Shown piece after piece: positions 57,947 to 64,000 of a stretch of 64,000 bases of DNA; position 1 is the stretch's first letter, and every line of letters starts with the position of its first letter. The notes beneath the pieces are model-generated. The model did not search any database. It was not told the DNA's origin and saw only the letters and a program-made list of their open reading frames with translations. A program made the position numbers and the translations under genes. The stretch covers positions 53,444,001 through 53,508,000 of the forward strand of contig OZ024748.1 of the NCBI GenBank assembly GCA_964016885.1. Reading direction: 5' to 3'. This DNA is from Eledone cirrhosa. Lineage: Eukaryota.

Positions 57947-58156
57947 TTAACCCTTTAGCATTTAAACCAGCTGTATTCGGCCAACATTCTCTCATCTGTT
58001 CAAACCGGTCCTAACTGGCCACTCTTACTGATGTTAAGGTATTGTTCCCAAAATAAATAATATCAAAATCTCATAGATTCGATATTATGTGAGATAAAGC
58101 CTTTACCATAAAAACACAATAGTATATATAGAGTAATGTAAATGTTAAAGGGTTAA
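57947..58156 (+). mobile_element. TTAA-targeted (piggyBac-type) MITE
   Basis: TTAA-CCCTTTAGCATTTA..TAAATGTTAAAGGG-TTAA. Confidence 0.87.
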
Positions 58157-58611
58157 AGAACACACGTAATTTTTTTCAGTCATTTCTACACAAACAAAGG
58201 TCTGTGCAAGCCAAGTTGAGTCTCTTGCACGAACAGCTCTGGATTTATACTAACATATAACTAACTCTACATTAGACTGGTGCATATAGAACTATCGTGG
58301 TTCATATAGAACTTTCGTGGTGTATATAGAACTATCATACTAAGGCATGCCAGAGTCAAACAGGCGTGTTCCTCCGTTTGTTAAAGATGGTAGGTTGTAG
58401 TTTGAGTAGAATTTCACTGTTTTCGCAGGTTGAACAACCACAGAGCTTTCCTTGGTACCACACCCTCTTTTGTGTACGCATTCGTTCAATGTGTGCTTTA
58501 CAGAGGCCTCAACAGTAGGGGGTAACTTTCTGCTTGATGTTTGTCACCCAGAGCAACCCTTGAGTTCCTGAAGGTCGTTCGTCACCGAAACTGTTTTCTC
58601 GATATTAAATA

Positions 58612-58797
58612 TTTGTTTCTACTTTTGGCACAAGGCCAGCAATTATCTCAGTGTATTACTGGTACTTTATTTCATAGACCCCGTAAGGATGAAAGGCAAA
58701 GTTAACCTCGGCGGGATTTGAACTCAGAATGGCAAAGGCCGTAACTCTTTGCTGCAAAGCATGGCGTCCGACCCTCTACCGATACTGCCAATCCACC
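58612..58797 (-). mobile_element. SINE family A
   Basis: Near-consensus copy. Confidence 0.9.
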
Positions 58798-58929
58798 AAT
58801 TGAAAGAAATACAGTGAGGGAGAGACTGTGTGTGAAAGACAGAGAGATATCACCATAATAACTAACTACACAGCAAGTGACACTTTCCTGTTGACACACA
58901 CAGCTTGTCGACAACCCTTATCGCAGGCT

Positions 58930-59013
58930 TGCGTGTTCGTTACTCGAGATACCTTTCGTGAACCGAAACGTTTTATTTTAAAAAGGTTGTTCGTGAGCCG
59001 AGGTTCCACTGTA
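58930..59013. mobile_element. Tigger/pogo-like terminal inverted repeat remnant
   Basis: ..ttcgtgagccgaggttccactg-TA (reverse complement CAGTGGAACCTCG). Confidence 0.55.
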
Positions 59014-59318
59014 TATTTAATTAGAAATATGTTAATTAAAAGGTTTAATATACAAAATTGGCCAATGTAGCTTTCATCCCTGCATTAGTTTCACAAGTGC
59101 AACCAGCCCTGGAGTAACTAATGAAGGAAAGTAAGCAGGTGTTTTGACTTTTAGTTAAAAGGATCTCTTGGAGTATTTTCCCAATACTCTATATTAGAGT
59201 TTGTTTATAACGTTCTCAAACGTTTGCCCCCCACCCCACCTCCTCACGGCCACGCAATAACCTCAACACCCCCACCCCTATCTCCAGAGAGACCTGCCTA
59301 CACACAAACTGTAAATAA

Positions 59319-59876
59319 TCTATATATATAAAACTGAGGATGTCTGAGTTTGAATCACTAAAACTCGTGAAGTACCCAACCTATTTTTTTTCAAACTTTA
59401 CATGTGTATTACTTATGTTTCAGGGAGTGTTATGCACATAAACATTCAACTTTTTGATCCCCTAGGGCCCGCATTAGGTGAAAAACTGTGTTTTTTCAGC
59501 TTTTTAGGGGTTTTTTGAGGCGTTACGTCAGACCGATTTCCTTGAAATTGTAACTATGTATTAGTCAGTCTCTTCTTCATACCGTGAGCAAAGAAAATCC
59601 AACTTTTTTATGGCTCAGGGCCCGCATTAGGTGAAAAACCTCATTTTTTCCCCAGCTTTTTAGGGCTTTTCCGATTTTCCAGAAATTTCAAGGCATATTA
59701 TGCACATAAAAAAAAATTCATTTTCTTGATCCATCTTAAAGATTATCTAGCCATCAGAGTATTCGGTTTATTTTCTTTACATATTGTCCAGGCATGCAGT
59801 TTTTCCACGACTAGGTCTGTTGGCGGCTCGCGTTCCAAAATACCTTATCCCGTGCAACGCCGGGTACCACTGCTAG
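59319..59876 (+). mobile_element. Non-autonomous Helitron
   Basis: A|TCTATATATATAAAAC start; subterminal hairpin CCCGtgcaacgcCGGG; CTAG|T end; no TSD; internal duplication gggcccgcattaggtgaaaaac. Confidence 0.85.
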
Positions 59877-60034
59877 TATATAAATAAAATTGTTAATTGA
59901 TATATAATAAATAATATATACTATGTATAAATAAATACATATTTTTTATTTTACTATATTTATATATATGTATCATTTGATATTTAATATACTATTATAT
60001 CATCTCTACCACCCCCATTTCCCCGTAGGCTCCA

Positions 60035-60100
60035 GCGTCCCCAGGATCTTCTCAGTGCCCCCCGGGGGGAGGGTCGTAGCGCCCACTTTGAAAACCTCTG
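60035..60100 (-). mobile_element. hAT-like terminal remnant
   Basis: Reverse complement CAGAGGTTTTCAAAGTGGGCG resembles Charlie-type ends; partner end not found. Confidence 0.45.
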
Positions 60101-60458
60101 ATATAGAGTATATAGCGATATCATAATATTTTTAGTGTTTGCGGCCTCTATAGGTTTTAATCCGACCTTGAGTGAAACTTTCAGAAATCCGAGGAAGACC
60201 ATGACATTCTTCTGTTTATCCTTTGGTACCGACACACTGACGTGACCATTGGTGCAAACCTTCCGCGCCAAGAGGCTTTTAAGGGCTTAAGCCCCTCCAA
60301 TATTATGGAAACATGTTGAATAATCTTAACGTTTTATTAGTTAAGAAATTATGTATTACTGTTCTAATAAGTAACATAAATAAATACAATAGAAAGCGAC
60401 ACATCAAAGATGTAAATAGCTGTGAATGCTATTATGTCTATCATAACACCATGTTTCA

Positions 60459-60570
60459 CGGCATAGAGTTACGGCCCTTTACGGTCTGAGTTCAAATTCC
60501 GCCGAGGTTAGCTTTGCCTTTCATCCTTACAGGGTCGATGAAATAAATCACCAGTAATACACTGGGATAA
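60459..60570 (+). mobile_element. SINE family A, partial
   Basis: gagttcaaattccgccgaggttagctttgcctttcatcc. Confidence 0.85.
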
Positions 60571-60728
60571 TTTCATGTAATGAATGTACTAGACTTTTGT
60601 TAAGATCGTCTAGTTTCATGAAACCTTAGGTTATGGAATAATTATATTGTGTTGTTTATTATATATAGGAACGAGTAGGACCCCGACGGCTAAGCTCAAG
60701 CCGTTTCGACGGCTAATTCTGGACCTCC

Positions 60729-61615
60729 TGTTTTATTAATTATTAGTGTAATGCAATGATAATGTTGTTTTATTAATTATTAGTGTAATGCAATGATAAT
60801 GTTGTTTTATTAATTATTAGTGTAATGCAATGATAATGTTGTTTTATTAATTATTAGTGTAATGCAATGATAATGTTGTTTTATTAATTATTAGTGTAAT
60901 GCAATGATAATGTTGTTTTATTAATTATTAGTGTAATGCAATGATAATGTTGTTTTATTAATTATTAGTGTAATGCAATGATAATGTTGTTTTATTAATT
61001 ATTAGTGTAATGCAATGATAATGTTGTTTTATTAATTATTAGTGTAATGCAATGATAATGTTGTTTTATTAATTATTAGTGTAATGCAATGATAATGTTG
61101 TTTTATTAATTATTAGTGTAATGCAATGATAATGTTGTTTTATTAATTATTAGTGTAATGCAATGATAATGTTGTTTTATTAATTATTAGTGTAATGCAA
61201 TGATAATGTTGTTTTATTAATTATTAGTGTAATGCAATGATAATGTTGTTTTATTAATTATTAGTGTAATGCAATGATAATGTTGTTTTATTAATTATTA
61301 GTGTAATGCAATGATAATGTGGTTTTATTAATTATTAGTGTAATGCAATGATAATGTTGTTTTATTAATTATTAGTGTAATGCAATGATAATGTTGTTTT
61401 ATTAATTATTAGTGTAATGCAATGATAATGTTGTTTTATTAATTATTAGTGTAATGCAATGATAATGTGGTTTTATTAATTATTAGTGTAATGCAATGAT
61501 AATGTTTTACTAATTTTAGTGTAATGTAATGATAATGTTTTACTAATTTTAGTGTAATGTAATGATAATGTTGTTTTACTAATTTTAGTGTAATGCAAAG
61601 ATAATGTTGTTTTAT
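60729..61615. repeat. 37-bp AT-rich minisatellite, ~24 copies
   Basis: (tgttgttttattaattattagtgtaatgcaatgataa)n. Confidence 0.97.
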
Positions 61616-61789
61616 GTTCTAGATTGTCTTAATGTGGTTTCATGTGGTTTGTTAATTCAATGTTAATTTAATGTTTATAATATAATTTACATATGAACAA
61701 TTTTATAATTTTACAGTAATCATCATCATCATCATCATCATCATCATTGTTTTATGTCCATTTTTCCACGCTAGTATGGACAATACTGT

Positions 61790-61969
61790 TTAGCCCTTTA
61801 GCATTTAAACTGGCTGTAACTGACTGCTCATGCTGATGTTAAGGTATTGTCCTTAAAATAAATAGCTAAATCTCATAGATTTGATATTATGAGATAATTA
61901 TGTGAGGTAGAGCCTTTATCATGAAAATATAATAGTAAATATAGAGCAATGTAAATGCTAAAGGGTTAA
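61790..61969 (+). mobile_element. TTAA-type MITE (same family as 57947)
   Basis: ttag-CCCTTTAGCATTTA..TAAATGCTAAAGGG-TTAA. Confidence 0.85.
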
Positions 61970-62284
61970 TACTTTTAAAGAGTGCCTTACAAATGTGGTT
62001 AGGTTTCATTTCTCGACCTACTCATGTTTATAGAAGTAAATCTATCATATGCCATCACCATACAAAGATAGGCTGAACATTTCATAGGCTTACCAAGATA
62101 CTCTCATGGAATGACCAAGTGAGGTTTATTTTTCAACATAGTCTCTGGAAAGAAACAATGCAGTTAATAATAAGAAGAGTTGAAATTAATGCATGTAAGA
62201 TTTCACAGCTTTAGCATCAATCCTTCATAGTCAGCCTATTAACATTTCAGCACACCCTCATAAACGAAACTTAAGGGTCAGTTA

Positions 62285-62440
62285 GTCTTGTGGTCACAGC
62301 CGACCAGATGAAGACATTGCCCTGGAGGACAGCGAGGGAGATGCGCTGGAATGGAACAACCACTCCATCTCGTGGGGTCTCACACTTACATGTAGCCAAT
62401 TCAACTACTATAGCAGTGACCAGCGATGTGGTTTCATGTA
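62285..62440 (-). mobile_element. CRE-like RLE-domain C-terminal remnant
   Basis: TTSLVTAIVVELATCKCE..EMEWLF / FQRISLAVLQGNVF; homologous to 45990-46190. Confidence 0.7.
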
Positions 62441-63723
62441 ATGCAGGACTGGAGGAAAGGAACAACCACTCCATCTAGTGGGGTCTCACACTTACATGTA
62501 GCCATCTCAACTACTATAGCAGTGACCAGTGATGTGGTTTCATGTAATGCAGGACTGGAGGAAGGGAACAACCACTCCATCTCGTGGGGTCTCACACTTA
62601 CATGTAGCCATCTCAACTACTATAGCAGTGACCAGCGATGTGGTTTCATGTAATGCAGGACTGGAGGAAAGGAACAACCACTCCATCTAGTGGGGTCTCA
62701 CACTTACATGTAGCCATCTCGACTACTATAGCAGTGACCAGTGATGTGGTTTCATGTAATGCAGGACTGGAGGAATGGAACAACCACTCCATCTCGTGGG
62801 GTCTCACACTTACATGTAGCCAACTCAACTACTATAGCAGTGACCAGCCATGTGGTTTCATGTAATGCAGGACTGGAGGAATGGAACAACCACTCCATCT
62901 CGTGGGGTCTCACACTTACATGTAGCCAACTCAACTACTATAGCAGTGACCAGTGATGTGGTTTCATGTAATGCAGGACTGGAGGAATGGAACAACCACT
63001 CCATCTCGTGGGGTCTCACACTTACATGTAGCCAACTCAACTACTATAGCAGTGACCAGCCATGTGGTTTCATGTAATGCAGGACTGGAGGAATGGAACA
63101 ACCACTCCATCTCGTGGGGTCTCACACTTACATGTAGCCAACTCAACTACTATAGCAGTGACCAGTGATGTGGTTTCATGTAATGCAGGACTGGAGGAAT
63201 GGAACAACCACTCCATCTCGTGGGGTCTCACACTTACATGTAGCCAACTCAACTACTATAGCAGTGACCAGTGATGTGGTTTCATGTAATGCAGGACTGG
63301 AGGAATGGAACAACCACTCCATCTCGTGGGGGTCTCACCCTTACATGTAGCCAACTCAACTACTATAGCAGTGACCAGCGATGTGGTTTCATGTAATGCA
63401 GGACTGGAGGAAAGGAACAACCACTCCATCTAGTGGGGTCTCACACTTACATGTAGCCATCTCGACTACTATAGCAGTGACCAGTGATGTGGTTTCATGT
63501 AATGCAGGACTGGAGGAATGGAACAACCACTCCATCTCGTGGGGTCTCACCCTTACATGTAGCCATCTAGACTACTATAGCAGTGACCAGCGATGTGGTT
63601 TCATGTAATGCAGGAGTGGAGGAGTGGAACAACCACTCCATCTCGTGGGGTCTCACCCTTACATGTAGCCAACTCGACTACTATAGCAGTGACCAGCCAT
63701 GTGGTTTCATGTAATGCAGGACT
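62347..63723. repeat. 106-bp satellite, ~13 copies
   Basis: Unit ggaacaaccactccatctcgtggggtctcacacttacatgtagccaactcaactactatagcagtgaccagtgatgtggtttcatgtaatgcaggactggaggaat; period 62353->62459. Confidence 0.97.
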
Positions 63724-64000
63724 CGATGAGTTAAACTTTGTATATGAAAAGTGTGTAAGGTCAATAAAAATAACAAGAGCCAGTATCTGTATAGAGGTTG
63801 GTGTTAATGAAAGGTGTTGTGTGTAATGTAGACACATGTTGTCTATGGTGTGTGTGTGTGTGTATGTGTGTGTATATATATATGTGAATGTGTGTGTAGA
63901 TATCTATTATATATATATATGTGTGTATGTTTGTGTATATATATGTGTATATATATTATATATGTGTATGTATTATATATCTGTGCATGTATTATATATG

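Noticed and set aside
62347-63723. 106-bp array as CRISPR or tandem small genes
   Set aside because: No unique spacers; each unit shifts frame; explained as a TE-derived satellite

Overview
Eukaryotic, non-genic or intronic, extremely repeat-rich DNA. The SINE/LINE repertoire suggests an octopod cephalopod; this is an inference from recalled family features, not from a search. No host protein-coding exon can be supported, and almost every long ORF in the track is a microsatellite artefact. The window holds AT/AC/AG and ATC/ACC/AGT microsatellite tracts, a 200-N gap and many minisatellites. It also holds three SINE-like families, fragments of RTE-clade LINEs (one with RT plus a PHD-like finger, one internally deleted) and CRE-like restriction-like-endonuclease (RLE) relics. 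DNA elements include a non-autonomous Helitron and TTAA- and TA-targeted MITEs. The most interesting signal is a cluster of short unique modules between (TA)n tracts, mostly at 24.5-35.8 kb. These carry minimal type I hammerhead-ribozyme motifs (stem I-CUGANGA-stem II-GAAA-short palindromic stem III-NUH-stem I') from several unrelated sequence families. Three have intact cores and about seven are decayed, consistent with non-autonomous Penelope-like/retrozyme-type elements. Also notable are a ~640-bp near-perfect palindrome, an ~84-nt hairpin that recurs, and satellites derived from transposon sequence.
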